From: Candidatus Eiseniibacteriota bacterium
Lineage (GTDB): Bacteria > Eisenbacteria > RBG-16-71-46 > CAIMUX01 > VGJL01
DNA: 64,000 nucleotides
Reading direction: 5' to 3'
NCBI GenBank assembly: GCA_041946735.1
Contig: JBHGAY010000021.1
Location: forward strand, 30,505-94,504
Shown piece after piece: positions 49,838 through 58,715 of the stretch; the first letter of the stretch is position 1, and each line of letters starts with the position of its first letter. The position numbers were made by a program, and so were the translations under genes. A model generated the notes under the pieces. The model ran no database searches, was not told the origin of the DNA, and worked only from the letters and a program-made list of their open reading frames with translations.

Positions 49838-49889
49838 CGAGCGCACAGCGCACGAAGGGCCCATGGCGTCGTCGGTAGGCGCGTCGTCG

Positions 49890-51326
49890 CTAGCGCGCCC
49901 ACGGCGAAGGGAAGCCGCGACGCAGTCCGATCGTGGCGCGCCAGGCGACTGGCGGATCGGGATGGCCGTCCCCTTCTCCGTCCGGCGCATACGACGTCTC
50001 GAAGCGCGCCTCGGCGATCGTCCTCTCGTCGAGGTTGCGCCGCAGCGCGCCACCGAGGGTGGCGGACCTCTCGCGGTGCGCGCCGGGCTCCGGGGAGTGG
50101 ATCGTGCGCAGGCGCCACCAGAGCTGGGCGCGGTTCTGATTCCACGGGGGGCTCCAGAGGCTCGCGTGCACCGACACGGCGTCGCCTCCCATCGGATGCC
50201 CCATCACGTAGCCGCGGTAGTAGTAGTCGCGCTCGCCATACACGAGATGATTCTCGTACCAGTCGTTCGCGTCGTCCCAGGTCTCGGCCGTCTCGGCGAG
50301 AACGGTCCATCCGGCGACCAGCGCGGACAGTCCGTAGTGGTGCGCGACCGCCGTCGGCAGCGGACCCTGGAAGCTGTCCTCGCCTCCGTACTCCCAGAAG
50401 AGCCGCGCCCCCTCGAACCACTTTCCCTCGAGCCACTCGCGCGGCGTGCGCAGCTCGAGGCCGATCGAGGCCTTCTGATCGCTGTCCGCGGCGGATCGCG
50501 GCCCGACGCGATTCTCGTTGCGGCCGAGGAGGATGTCGCCGATGTCGCGCAGGGTCAGCTTCTCCGTGCGACCGCTGCCGCCGAAGAGGATCGTCCGCGC
50601 CAGCGACAGCTTCGCCCATCCCGCCGGCTCCCACTCGAGGCGCTGGCCGTGCAGCAGCGGATAGGGGACGACGCGATCGCGCTCGTCGAGATACCCGAGG
50701 AAGAGCGAGGCGTGGAAGCGCGCGGCGCTCCGCGACCCGCCGAAGGTCCAGGGGCGGATCGTCCGGATCGAGAGACGATCGAACGCCGGCGCCGTGCGGC
50801 CGAGGAGCAGGCTCCCCTCGTTGCCGTCCCCCCAGAAGAGCCGGGTCAGGCCGGCGCGCACCTCCGTCCGGCCGCGCGACCAGACCAGCGATCGCTCGAG
50901 CCAGTCGCCGCCGGAGCGATTCCCCTCGCCGATGCGGAACCGCCCGCCGAGATCGAGCCGCAGCCCGTGCGGGAACGGGACGTGCCCGTCGATCGCCGCG
51001 CGCAGCCGCACGCCGTCCCGCGCCCGAAGCCCGGAGGACTCCTCCACCGGAACCGGCCGGCGCACGTCCGCCCCCTCCATCAGGATCTCCGACGCGCGGG
51101 AAAGCGGCAGGTCGGTGTCTTCCGGGATTTCGGGGAGCGGCAGCATCGCGCCGGTCGGCGCCTCGGGCGGACGGAGAATCCGGTAGCGCTCGAGATCCCA
51201 GTCGTAGAACGGCGACTCGAGCGGCTGCGCCTCGACTCCCGCCACGACGAAGGCCGCCCCGGCGAGCAGGGCGGCCGCGAGGACGGCGGCGCGGACCGGT
51301 GGCGTCGCGACGCGCGAGAACGGCAT
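49890..51326 (-). CDS. wzi: Capsule assembly Wzi-family outer-membrane protein
   Basis: Signal peptide; FWGDGNEGSLLLGRTAP, LARTILFGGSGR, SDQKASI, EYGGED, MGHPMGGD. Confidence 0.75.
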   Translation of the reverse strand: MPFSRVATPPVRAAVLAAALLAGAAFVVAGVEAQPLESPFYDWDLERYRILRPPEAPTGAMLPLPEIPEDTDLPLSRASEILMEGADVRRPVPVEESSGLRARDGVRLRAAIDGHVPFPHGLRLDLGGRFRIGEGNRSGGDWLERSLVWSRGRTEVRAGLTRLFWGDGNEGSLLLGRTAPAFDRLSIRTIRPWTFGGSRSAARFHASLFLGYLDERDRVVPYPLLHGQRLEWEPAGWAKLSLARTILFGGSGRTEKLTLRDIGDILLGRNENRVGPRSAADSDQKASIGLELRTPREWLEGKWFEGARLFWEYGGEDSFQGPLPTAVAHHYGLSALVAGWTVLAETAETWDDANDWYENHLVYGERDYYYRGYVMGHPMGGDAVSVHASLWSPPWNQNRAQLWWRLRTIHSPEPGAHRERSATLGGALRRNLDERTIAEARFETSYAPDGEGDGHPDPPVAWRATIGLRRGFPSPWAR

Positions 51327-51340
51327 CGGCGGGGCGGGCC

Positions 51341-52375
51341 TCAGATCCTCCCCGCGCCGGCCAGGATCTCGACGTGGCCCGAGTTGCGCAGCGAGCGCTC
51401 CGCCGCCTCCAGGACCCGCACGACGCGCAACCCCGACTCCCCGTCGGCGCGCGGATGGCGGTCGTGCACGATCGAGCCGAGGAAGTCGCTCACCTCCGCC
51501 TGCAGCGGCTCGAACGACTCGATCTTCGGGGAGACGATGTCGCCTGTGCGGTAGGAAAGCTGGTACTCGCCGAAGGTGTCCGGGTCCTTGAAGTGCACCC
51601 CCTTGTCGAAGATCTTCACCTGCTCGAGATGCTCCGTGTCGTCGTAGACGAGCATCTTCGCATCGCCGACGATCGTCGTCCGGCGCAGCTTCGAAGGGGC
51701 GAGCCAGCTGACCTGCACGTGCGCGATCGCGCCGGAGGCGAAGCGGAGGAAGAGGAACGCGACGTCGGGAATGCCCTTCTGGACAAAATCCTTGCCCGTC
51801 GCGAGCACCTCCACGGGCGCTTCCTCCAGCCAGTAGAGGATCATCGAGACGTCGTGCGGGGCGAGATCCCAGATGACGCTGACGTCCTTCTGATGGAGCC
51901 CCAGGTTCACGCGGGTCGAGCTGATGTAGAAGATCTCCCCCAGCTCGTGCTGCTCGAGGATCTCCTTGATCTTGATGACCGGCGGACTGTACTGGAACGT
52001 GTGGCCGACCATCAGCACGCGCCGGCGCTTGTCGGCCTCCTCGATCAGGCGCATCGCCTGCACGCTCGAGGCCGCGAACGGCTTCTCGACGAAGACGTGC
52101 TTGCCGTGCTGCAGCGCCTTCAGCGCGAGATCGAAATGCTTCGAGAGCGGGGTCGCGATCATCACCGCGTCGATGTCGAGGCGTGTCAGCACCTCGTCGG
52201 TGTCGACCGTCATCTCCATCGCCGGATAGCGAGCCGCGATCTTCTGTAGCTTGCCTGCATCCAGGTCGCAGACGACGACCTTGTTGCAGAGCCGGTTCTC
52301 GAACAGGTTCCGGACCAGGTTCGGTCCCCAGTATCCGGATCCGATCACCGCAACGTTCACCAACCCGTCGACCAC
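51341..52375 (-). CDS. Gfo/Idh/MocA-family oxidoreductase (nucleotide-sugar dehydrogenase type)
   Basis: VIGSGYWGPNLVRN, HVFVEKP, WDLAPHD, VSWLAPSK. Confidence 0.92.
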   Translation of the reverse strand: MVDGLVNVAVIGSGYWGPNLVRNLFENRLCNKVVVCDLDAGKLQKIAARYPAMEMTVDTDEVLTRLDIDAVMIATPLSKHFDLALKALQHGKHVFVEKPFAASSVQAMRLIEEADKRRRVLMVGHTFQYSPPVIKIKEILEQHELGEIFYISSTRVNLGLHQKDVSVIWDLAPHDVSMILYWLEEAPVEVLATGKDFVQKGIPDVAFLFLRFASGAIAHVQVSWLAPSKLRRTTIVGDAKMLVYDDTEHLEQVKIFDKGVHFKDPDTFGEYQLSYRTGDIVSPKIESFEPLQAEVSDFLGSIVHDRHPRADGESGLRVVRVLEAAERSLRNSGHVEILAGAGRI

Positions 52376-52379
52376 CGCC

Positions 52380-53933
52380 TCACAGCCCTCCCTTCCCGAA
52401 CAGGATCACCGGAACCGTGCGCAAGAGCAGTTTCGAGTCGAGGGTGAGCGACCAGTTGCCAATGTAGAAGAGGTCGAGCAGCACCATGTCCTCGAACGTG
52501 ACGTAGGAGCGGCCTGTGACCTGCCAGAGGCCGGTCATGCCGGGAGTGACGTCCAGCCTCCGCTGCTGCCATTCCTCGTACAGGTCGTACTCGAAAGGAA
52601 GGCAGGGGCGCGGCCCGACCAAGCTCATCTCCCCGCGGAGGACGTTCCAGAGCTGCGGCAGCTCGTCAAGGCTCATGCGGCGTAGCAACCGCCCGACCCC
52701 GGTGATCCGCGGATCGTCGGTGAGCTTGTAGATCTTCCGCCCGCTCAGATCGACCCCCGCCGGCGCCCGGTTCTTGATGAACTCCTCGAGGTAGCGCTGG
52801 TGCTCCTCGTCCTCCTCCGGGCTCTGCGTGACGACCATGCTGCGGAACTTGTAGAACGTGAACGGCTGGCCGCCCTTGCCGATCCGGGTCTGCTTGAAGA
52901 GGACCGGCCCCGGGCTCGAGAGCTTGATCGCCGCGGCGACCGCCAGCAGGAACGGGAGGATGAGGAGCCCCCCGAGGCCGGCGCCGGCGACGTCGATCGC
53001 GCGCTTGATCCGCAAGGCGAGCGCCGACGGCTCGGTCTCGCTCACCTGCAGCAGATGCAGGCCGCGCACCGTGTCGAACGGAGCGGATTCGACGATCCGG
53101 TCGAGGACGTGCGAGAGCACCTTCACCTGGACGCCGCGTTGCCGCAGCGCGTCGGAGAGCCGGACGATTTCCTCGCGCGGAATGTCCGGGCGGGCGACGA
53201 CGAGAAGGTCCGCCTGGAGGTCCTCCACGAGATCCGGAAGCTGCGCGGCCGACGCGATCCGGAAGGGATGGAGCGACCGGATTTCCGGCGGCTGATCGTC
53301 GACGAACGCGACGACGACCGTCCCGCGCCGCGAGACCAGCCCCTGCGCCAGGTCGCGCGCCGGCAGTCCTCCGCCGAGAATGACGACCCTTCCCTCGCCC
53401 GGGAAGTGCCGGGCCGGGACGAGCGGCACGAGGACCGGCCGCAGGCCGACCATCCAGAGCGCGAAGGCGAGATGGTAGAGCAGGACGGCGAGCCGCAGGC
53501 CGGTCGAGGCGTCCGACGCGATCAGAAACGCGCTGCCGAGCGCAATCCCGCAGGACCAGAGGGCGGAGCGAACCCCCGCTTCGATCTGCCGCCGCCGCGA
53601 GTGGAGGACGCCGTGACGGTAGAGGCCGAAGGAAGCGGCGACCGTCAGGCTGAGCGGCACGAGCGCCAGCGAAAGGGCGAGCGGAAGCGTTCGAATCCGC
53701 GCGAGCGAGTCGAGCGGGGAGAGCAACGCGCCGGCTGCGAGGAACAGCGACAAGGCGAGCGCGATCGCCAGAGCGGGAACGTCCAGAATGAGCAACCACC
53801 CGAGCGAGGGGCGGGGAATACGTCTGGCATATCCGGGCCGCGGCGACGGGACGGGTGGTGTTGCGATCGGCGGGTTGCCGGAGGGCGAGGTCAGTCGATG
53901 CCCAGACCGGGCCGCGATGGACCGATCGGCCAA
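52380..53933 (-). CDS. Polyprenyl-phosphate glycosyl-1-phosphate transferase (WcaJ/WbaP-type priming sugar transferase)
   Basis: N-terminal TM segments; KRAIDV, YKFRSM, DPRITGVGRLLRRMSLDELPQLWNVLRGEMSLVGPRP, PGMTGLWQVTGRS; TTG start uncertain. Confidence 0.93.
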   Translation of the reverse strand: MADRSIAARSGHRLTSPSGNPPIATPPVPSPRPGYARRIPRPSLGWLLILDVPALAIALALSLFLAAGALLSPLDSLARIRTLPLALSLALVPLSLTVAASFGLYRHGVLHSRRRQIEAGVRSALWSCGIALGSAFLIASDASTGLRLAVLLYHLAFALWMVGLRPVLVPLVPARHFPGEGRVVILGGGLPARDLAQGLVSRRGTVVVAFVDDQPPEIRSLHPFRIASAAQLPDLVEDLQADLLVVARPDIPREEIVRLSDALRQRGVQVKVLSHVLDRIVESAPFDTVRGLHLLQVSETEPSALALRIKRAIDVAGAGLGGLLILPFLLAVAAAIKLSSPGPVLFKQTRIGKGGQPFTFYKFRSMVVTQSPEEDEEHQRYLEEFIKNRAPAGVDLSGRKIYKLTDDPRITGVGRLLRRMSLDELPQLWNVLRGEMSLVGPRPCLPFEYDLYEEWQQRRLDVTPGMTGLWQVTGRSYVTFEDMVLLDLFYIGNWSLTLDSKLLLRTVPVILFGKGGL

Positions 53934-54090
53934 CAGAGTCCTCCCATTCTTAGCCCCTCGATGCCGAAATCCCGAAGAACAGTCAAGGCCTATTGATACA
54001 GATGGAAAAGGCCGGCGCAAGGACAATTCCCCTTCCCAGGGGAGGTCCGCGCGCCGGCCGTGCCGGTCGATCCCTCGCTATTCCTATTGC

Positions 54091-55821
54091 TTACGACATC
54101 GACATCCCGGCTTCGGAGGCTTCGATCGAGACTCCGCGCGCGCGCGCCTCGCGCTCGACCGCCTCGCGGCCGCGCGGGGACGGCGGCAGCCAGACGCAGA
54201 AGCGGCTGCCCTTGCCCTTCTCGCTCTCGACCCAGATCCGGCCCGCGTGCTCCTCGACGATCCCCTTGCTGATGACGAGGCCGAGTCCGGTACCCCCCGC
54301 CTTTCGGGTGTTCGAGGAGTCGAGCTGCTGGAACTTCAGGAACAGCCGCGGCAGGTCCTCGGGCGCGATACCGATCCCGTCGTCGGCGACCTCGATCCGT
54401 ACGCCGCCGTCCTCGGCGACGGCGCGGACGCGGATCTCGCTCCCCGGCTCGGAGAACTTCACGGCGTTCGACAGCAGGTTGTCGAGGACCTGGATCATCC
54501 GGAGCTCGTCGACCCAGACCCGCGGCAGCCCCGCCTCCTTCTCCAGGCGGATCTCGATCTCCCGGCGCGCCGCCATCCCTCGCATGTCCTGCGCCGCGTT
54601 CTCGAGGAATCGAGAAGGATCGATCTCCTCGAAGCTCATCGAAAGCCGCCCCGCCTCGAGCTTGCTGAAGTCGAGGATGCTGTTGATGAGCTTCTCGAGC
54701 CGGTCGACGTTGGTGGAACAGATCTCGAGCAGCTCGGCCTGCTGCGCCTCGAGCTTGAAGTAGCGCGGGTCGTTCAGGATCTCGAGGCTCCCCTTGATCG
54801 AGGTCAGCGGCGTGCGGACCTCGTGGGAGACGACGGCGACGAACTCGCTCTTCAGCCGGTCCAGCTCGCGCGCCTTCTCGTAGGAGCGGACGTTGCGGAT
54901 GGCGATCGACGCCATCGCGGCGAGCTGCGGGAGCAGATCGGGGGTGTCCTCCTCCATGCGCTCGCCGGGGGAGGAGAGCAGCGCCAGCGTCCCGATCGCC
55001 TGGTCCTCGAGCAGCATCGGGACGACGTAGACCTGCCTCGGCTTCGCGCCATCCTCCCCGGCCGTCTCGGCGAGGGTCTCGGCGATCATGCTCTTCGAGA
55101 GGAGCGCCTTGGCGTTGGGGTTCGCGAGCCGCTTCACGTAGCGTTCCCGCTCCCCCTCGACCGCGGCGAGTCCTCGGTCCACCCAGCAGGTGAGTTGTCC
55201 CGTCATCTCGTCGAGCAGGAAGAGCAGCCCCTCGCTCGCGCGGCAGAGTCCGAGGCTCCGCTCCACGATGCGCGAGAGGGTCGCCTCGAGCTTCAGGCTC
55301 TCGATGATGTCCTGCGCGATCTCGTAGAGCGTGCGCTGGCGCGCGCGCGCCTCCTCGGCGATCTTCTTGCGGATCTCCCCCTCGCGGCGTTCGCGCAGCG
55401 CGAACGCCCGCCACTGGAGGGCGCGCGAGAGGGACGCCTCCAGCTCGCCGAGTTGGAACGGCTTCTGCACGAAGTCGTAGGCCCCCTTGCGGAGCGCCTC
55501 GATCGCGTTGAAGACCGTCGCGTTGCCGGTCAGGAGGACGACGGCGACGTCGGGATCCTTCTCCTTGGCGCCGCGCAGGACTCCGAGGCCGTCCATCCCG
55601 GGAAGGTTCAGGTCGGTCAGGACGAGGTCATAGTTCTCCGCCTGGATCTTCGCGAGCCCGTCCTCGCCGGTCCCGGCGAGGTCGACGCGGTAGGGGTACT
55701 CGGAGAGGAAGTCCTGCAGCAGGTCCAGCACCGGCTCCTCGTCGTCGACGACCAGGATGCGGGCTCCGGGAAAGGTGAAGCTCTGCGTCTCGGTCGAGAC
55801 CGATCCCTGGATCTCTTCCAT
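54091..55821 (-). CDS. Cytoplasmic hybrid sensor kinase REC-GAF-HisKA-HATPase
   Basis: ILVVDDE, LTDLNLPGMDG, FVQKPF; VVSHEVRTPLTSIKG; NLLSNAVKF, DDGIGI, GGTGLGL. Confidence 0.95.
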   Translation of the reverse strand: MEEIQGSVSTETQSFTFPGARILVVDDEEPVLDLLQDFLSEYPYRVDLAGTGEDGLAKIQAENYDLVLTDLNLPGMDGLGVLRGAKEKDPDVAVVLLTGNATVFNAIEALRKGAYDFVQKPFQLGELEASLSRALQWRAFALRERREGEIRKKIAEEARARQRTLYEIAQDIIESLKLEATLSRIVERSLGLCRASEGLLFLLDEMTGQLTCWVDRGLAAVEGERERYVKRLANPNAKALLSKSMIAETLAETAGEDGAKPRQVYVVPMLLEDQAIGTLALLSSPGERMEEDTPDLLPQLAAMASIAIRNVRSYEKARELDRLKSEFVAVVSHEVRTPLTSIKGSLEILNDPRYFKLEAQQAELLEICSTNVDRLEKLINSILDFSKLEAGRLSMSFEEIDPSRFLENAAQDMRGMAARREIEIRLEKEAGLPRVWVDELRMIQVLDNLLSNAVKFSEPGSEIRVRAVAEDGGVRIEVADDGIGIAPEDLPRLFLKFQQLDSSNTRKAGGTGLGLVISKGIVEEHAGRIWVESEKGKGSRFCVWLPPSPRGREAVEREARARGVSIEASEAGMSMS

Positions 55822-55851
55822 CGTCCCTTCCTCCTCCTGAAGCGGCCGTCG

Positions 55852-57201
55852 CTAGGCCGCGGCGGCCGCGGAGAGGTCTTCGTCTTCCTCCACCCCGAGA
55901 GCTTCGCGGTCGCCGGGATCCTCGACTGCATCGAAGCCGGCGCCCTGCGCGGCGGCGCCGCCGGCGACCCCCGGCCTGGCGAACCGCACCGCGCGGTTCC
56001 GGCCTCCCCGCTTGGCCTCGTAGAGCCCGATGTCGGCGCGGCGCAGAAGCTCCTGCGCCGTCCCGGCATCCTCCGGGAAGGCGGCGACCCCCGCGGAGAC
56101 GGTGAGCTTCTTGCGCCGCGGGAACGTGTGCTCCGCGATGACCGCCCGGAGGCGCTCGGCCGCCATCATCGCATGATCGCCGTCGGTGTCGGGCATCAGA
56201 ACGAGGAATTCCTCGCCGCCGTAGCGGACCGCCAGGTCCGAGCTGCGGGCGGAGCGCTGCAGCAGCTTGCCGAAGTCCGCGAGCACGCGGTCGCCGACCG
56301 GGTGGCCGTGCTGGTCGTTGATCCTCTTGAAGTGATCGACGTCCAGGGTGACGAGGGCGAGCGGGCGGCCGTAGCGGCGCGCGCGGTCGACCTCCTGGGC
56401 GAGATGCTGGAGGAAGTGGCGGCGATTGCAGAGGCCGGTCAGGTCGTCGGTGATCGCGAGCCGCGCCATCTCCTGGTACATGAGGAAGCGCTGCAGCACG
56501 GCGGCCGCCTGCCCCGCGGCGAGGATCGCCATGCGGAGGTGGTCCTCGGTGAAGGTCTTGGGGCGGGAGTGGCAGAGGTTCAGCACCCCGATCAGCTCCG
56601 CCTGGACGAGGAGCGGCACCGAGAGGAAGGAGCCGACCTCGGTGCCGCCCGCCCGCCGTCCCGCGTGGAGGTCGGCGAGGAGGATCGGCTTCTGCTGCTT
56701 CGCGACCCAGCTCGAGAAGCCGAGGCCGAGGTCGAACTTGACCCCGCCGATCAGGTCGACCACGTCTCCCTTGCGGGCGGCGACCTCCAGGCGCTTCTCG
56801 TCGCTCTTGATCAGGAAGAGGGTCGCGTGCTCGTAGGGGATCGCCTGCTGGACGAGGTCGAGGAGCCGCGCGAAGAGCTTCTCGCGGTCGTCGGTCGTCT
56901 GGGTGAGGCGGGCGATCTCGTAGAGCACCTCCAGCTCCACCCTTTCGCGAACGTCTCCCGCGACCTTTCCCCGCCGGATCACCTGGATGATCTTGTTGTG
57001 CACCGTGTGAGCGGCGGTGAGGACCTCGCTCGCCCGCTTCTGGGAAGCGGCGCTCATCACCTGCTGGACCAGCCCCTCGCGCTCGCGAGCGGAGATCAGC
57101 CCTTCCTCCTCCAGGGTCCGCAGGAGCCGCTGCTCCCCCTTGCGGAACTTCTCGGTCATGTCCTGGAGCTGCCTCGGCCCGGTTCCGTTCCGTCGCGTCA
57201 T
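55852..57201 (-). CDS. GAF-GGDEF diguanylate cyclase
   Basis: GAF SFLSVPL...IGVLNL; TDDLTGLCNRR, DVDHFKRIND..GH..GD, RSSD I-site, GGEEF; true start may be the ATG at 57159. Confidence 0.95.
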   Translation of the reverse strand: MTRRNGTGPRQLQDMTEKFRKGEQRLLRTLEEEGLISAREREGLVQQVMSAASQKRASEVLTAAHTVHNKIIQVIRRGKVAGDVRERVELEVLYEIARLTQTTDDREKLFARLLDLVQQAIPYEHATLFLIKSDEKRLEVAARKGDVVDLIGGVKFDLGLGFSSWVAKQQKPILLADLHAGRRAGGTEVGSFLSVPLLVQAELIGVLNLCHSRPKTFTEDHLRMAILAAGQAAAVLQRFLMYQEMARLAITDDLTGLCNRRHFLQHLAQEVDRARRYGRPLALVTLDVDHFKRINDQHGHPVGDRVLADFGKLLQRSARSSDLAVRYGGEEFLVLMPDTDGDHAMMAAERLRAVIAEHTFPRRKKLTVSAGVAAFPEDAGTAQELLRRADIGLYEAKRGGRNRAVRFARPGVAGGAAAQGAGFDAVEDPGDREALGVEEDEDLSAAAAA

Positions 57202-57302
57202 CGGTCCTCTCCTCCTGAGTCGATCATGAGCGTCCGAGCGGATCCAGCCGCCCGCGCTCGTGCCCCTCTCCTGGCGAATCTGGCGAATCGGGCGGGATCC
57301 GA

Positions 57303-57758
57303 CTAGGCTGCGCGCCTCTCGGCCTCCTCACCATCGCGGCCTTCTTGGCCGCCGTCGTGGCCGCTCTCGCGGCCGGCGTCGTGGCCGGCGTCGTAGCCGC
57401 CCTCGTAGCCGCCGGCACCCTCGCCGCGGCCTTCCATGCGGATCGGATCGATGCGCAGGAAGTGCGGTTTCGCGAACCCTCCGGCGGCGTTCGCGCGCAG
57501 CTCGTGCGAAGCGGGCGCCGCCGGCGTCCGCAACGTCCCCTCGATCGTGCGAAGCTCGGTCCGGATCTCCTCGCGGGCCGCCGAGGTCTCGCGTTGCGCG
57601 GCGTCCCGGCGGCGGGCGTTCGCGCGCGACTCCCGTCGCGTCAGGAGCATCGCCAGTCCGGCTCCGAGGAACAGGCCGGCGGCCGCGGCCAGGACCTCCC
57701 GCACCCAGGGATCGACGAGCGCCTGGGCGACACCGCTCGCGAGCGGCGCGGCGCTCAT
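57303..57758 (-). CDS. Single-TM hypothetical protein with GxxxG-repeat tail
   Basis: ATGA overlap with the fliA stop; TM VLAAAAGLFLGAGLAMLL; coiled coil; GYEGGYDAGHDAGRESGHDGG. Confidence 0.65.
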   Translation of the reverse strand: MSAAPLASGVAQALVDPWVREVLAAAAGLFLGAGLAMLLTRRESRANARRRDAAQRETSAAREEIRTELRTIEGTLRTPAAPASHELRANAAGGFAKPHFLRIDPIRMEGRGEGAGGYEGGYDAGHDAGRESGHDGGQEGRDGEEAERRAA

Positions 57759-58558
57759 CGCAGCGCTCCCAGCACCGGATCCCCGTACATCGCCTTGCGG
57801 ACCCGGCCGCGCAGCCTGGAGATCGCCTTCGTGTGGATCTGCGAGACGCGGGACTCGGAGATGTGGAGCGTCTCGCCGATCTCCTTGAGCGTCATCTCCT
57901 CGTAGTAGTAGAGCGCGACGACGAGTCGTTCCTGCTCGGTCAGGCCGTTGATCGAGGAGAGCAGGAGCTTCTTCTCCTCTTCTTCCTCGATCCGCTCCAG
58001 CGCGTCGGGACTCTCCTCGTCCTCGATCATGTCGGCGAGGCCGGAGAGGTCGTGATCCTCGTCCACGCTGACCGACTGGTCGAGCGACAGGACGACGGTG
58101 CCGCGAACCTCCTCCATCATCCGGAGGAGGTTCGGAAGCGTCATCCCCATCTCCCGCGCGATCTCGATCTCGCTCGCGGCGCGGCCGAGCTTCTGGTCGA
58201 GGCCGCAGCAGACGCGCTCGAGCGTGCGCGCCTTGCGACGCGTGGTGCGCGAGACCCAGTCCATGCTGCGCAGCTCGTCGAGCACCGCCCCCTTGATCCT
58301 CCAGATCGCGTAGGTCTCGAACTTCGTGCCGCGCGACGGGTCGAACTTTTCGAGCGCGTCGAACAGCCCGATGATCGCCGTGTTCAGCAGGTCGTCCTTC
58401 TCGATCGACTTCGGCAGGCCGGTCGCGATCCGATCGACGACGTACTTGACCAGCGGCGCGTAGCGCTTGAGCGACTCGGCGCGACGGCGCTCCTTGGGCG
58501 GCGCGTCCTTCGGCACGATCTGATGCTGCAGCCTCATCAGGGCGTTCGATTCAGGCAT
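57755..58558 (-). CDS. fliA: FliA/WhiG-family sigma-28 factor
   Basis: YAPLVKYVVDRI, GLFDALEKFDPSRGTKFETYA.WRIKGAVLDELRSMDW, LYYYEEMTLKEIGETLHISESRVSQIH. Confidence 0.95.
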   Translation of the reverse strand: MPESNALMRLQHQIVPKDAPPKERRRAESLKRYAPLVKYVVDRIATGLPKSIEKDDLLNTAIIGLFDALEKFDPSRGTKFETYAIWRIKGAVLDELRSMDWVSRTTRRKARTLERVCCGLDQKLGRAASEIEIAREMGMTLPNLLRMMEEVRGTVVLSLDQSVSVDEDHDLSGLADMIEDEESPDALERIEEEEEKKLLLSSINGLTEQERLVVALYYYEEMTLKEIGETLHISESRVSQIHTKAISRLRGRVRKAMYGDPVLGALR

Positions 58559-58715
58559 GGAACCTCCCGCGGCACCGCCGGGGCTCGCGGCCGCCGGCTC
58601 GTTCGATCGCGTGATGCTCGATCGGCTCGATGGACTTGACCGGAACGCTGGACTCGACCGGAACGATGAACTCGGCCGGAACGGGCGGCTCGGCCACGGC
58701 GCGGCGCGCGCTCAT
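58551..58715 (-). CDS. Putative 54-aa small protein with Pro-Val repeats, coupled to flhG and fliA
   Basis: ATG overlaps the flhG TGA (ATGA) and its TGA overlaps the fliA start (ATGCCTGA); MSARRAVAEPPVPAEFIVPVESSVPVKSIEPIEHHAIERAGGREPRRCRGRFHA. Confidence 0.45.
   Translation of the reverse strand: MSARRAVAEPPVPAEFIVPVESSVPVKSIEPIEHHAIERAGGREPRRCRGRFHA
58631..58695. repeat. About 3.5 copies of an imperfect 18-bp tandem repeat
   Basis: TGGACTTGACCGGAACGC / TGGACTCGACCGGAACGA / TGAACTCGGCCGGAACGG / GCGGCTCGGCC. Confidence 0.85.

Noticed and set aside
42657..49853. 2398-aa minus-strand ORF and the 1962-aa plus-strand ORF at 43886-49774
   Set aside because: Off-frame or antisense shadows of valS, DUF4139 and uvrB in high-GC DNA; only the last 332 aa (NadC) are protein-like.
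53934..54090. sigma28 or sigma54 promoter for the EPS genes
   Set aside because: No convincing TAAA-N15-GCCGATAA was found, and the GGCACG match lacks TTGC; direct FliA control of the EPS genes is therefore not supported by sequence alone.
507..57306. Long antisense ORFs (507-3029, 9009-12380, 15299-17842, 22561-24375, 53788-57306 and others)
   Set aside because: They mirror well-supported genes on the opposite strand, carry no family motifs, and are expected from GC-rich codon bias.
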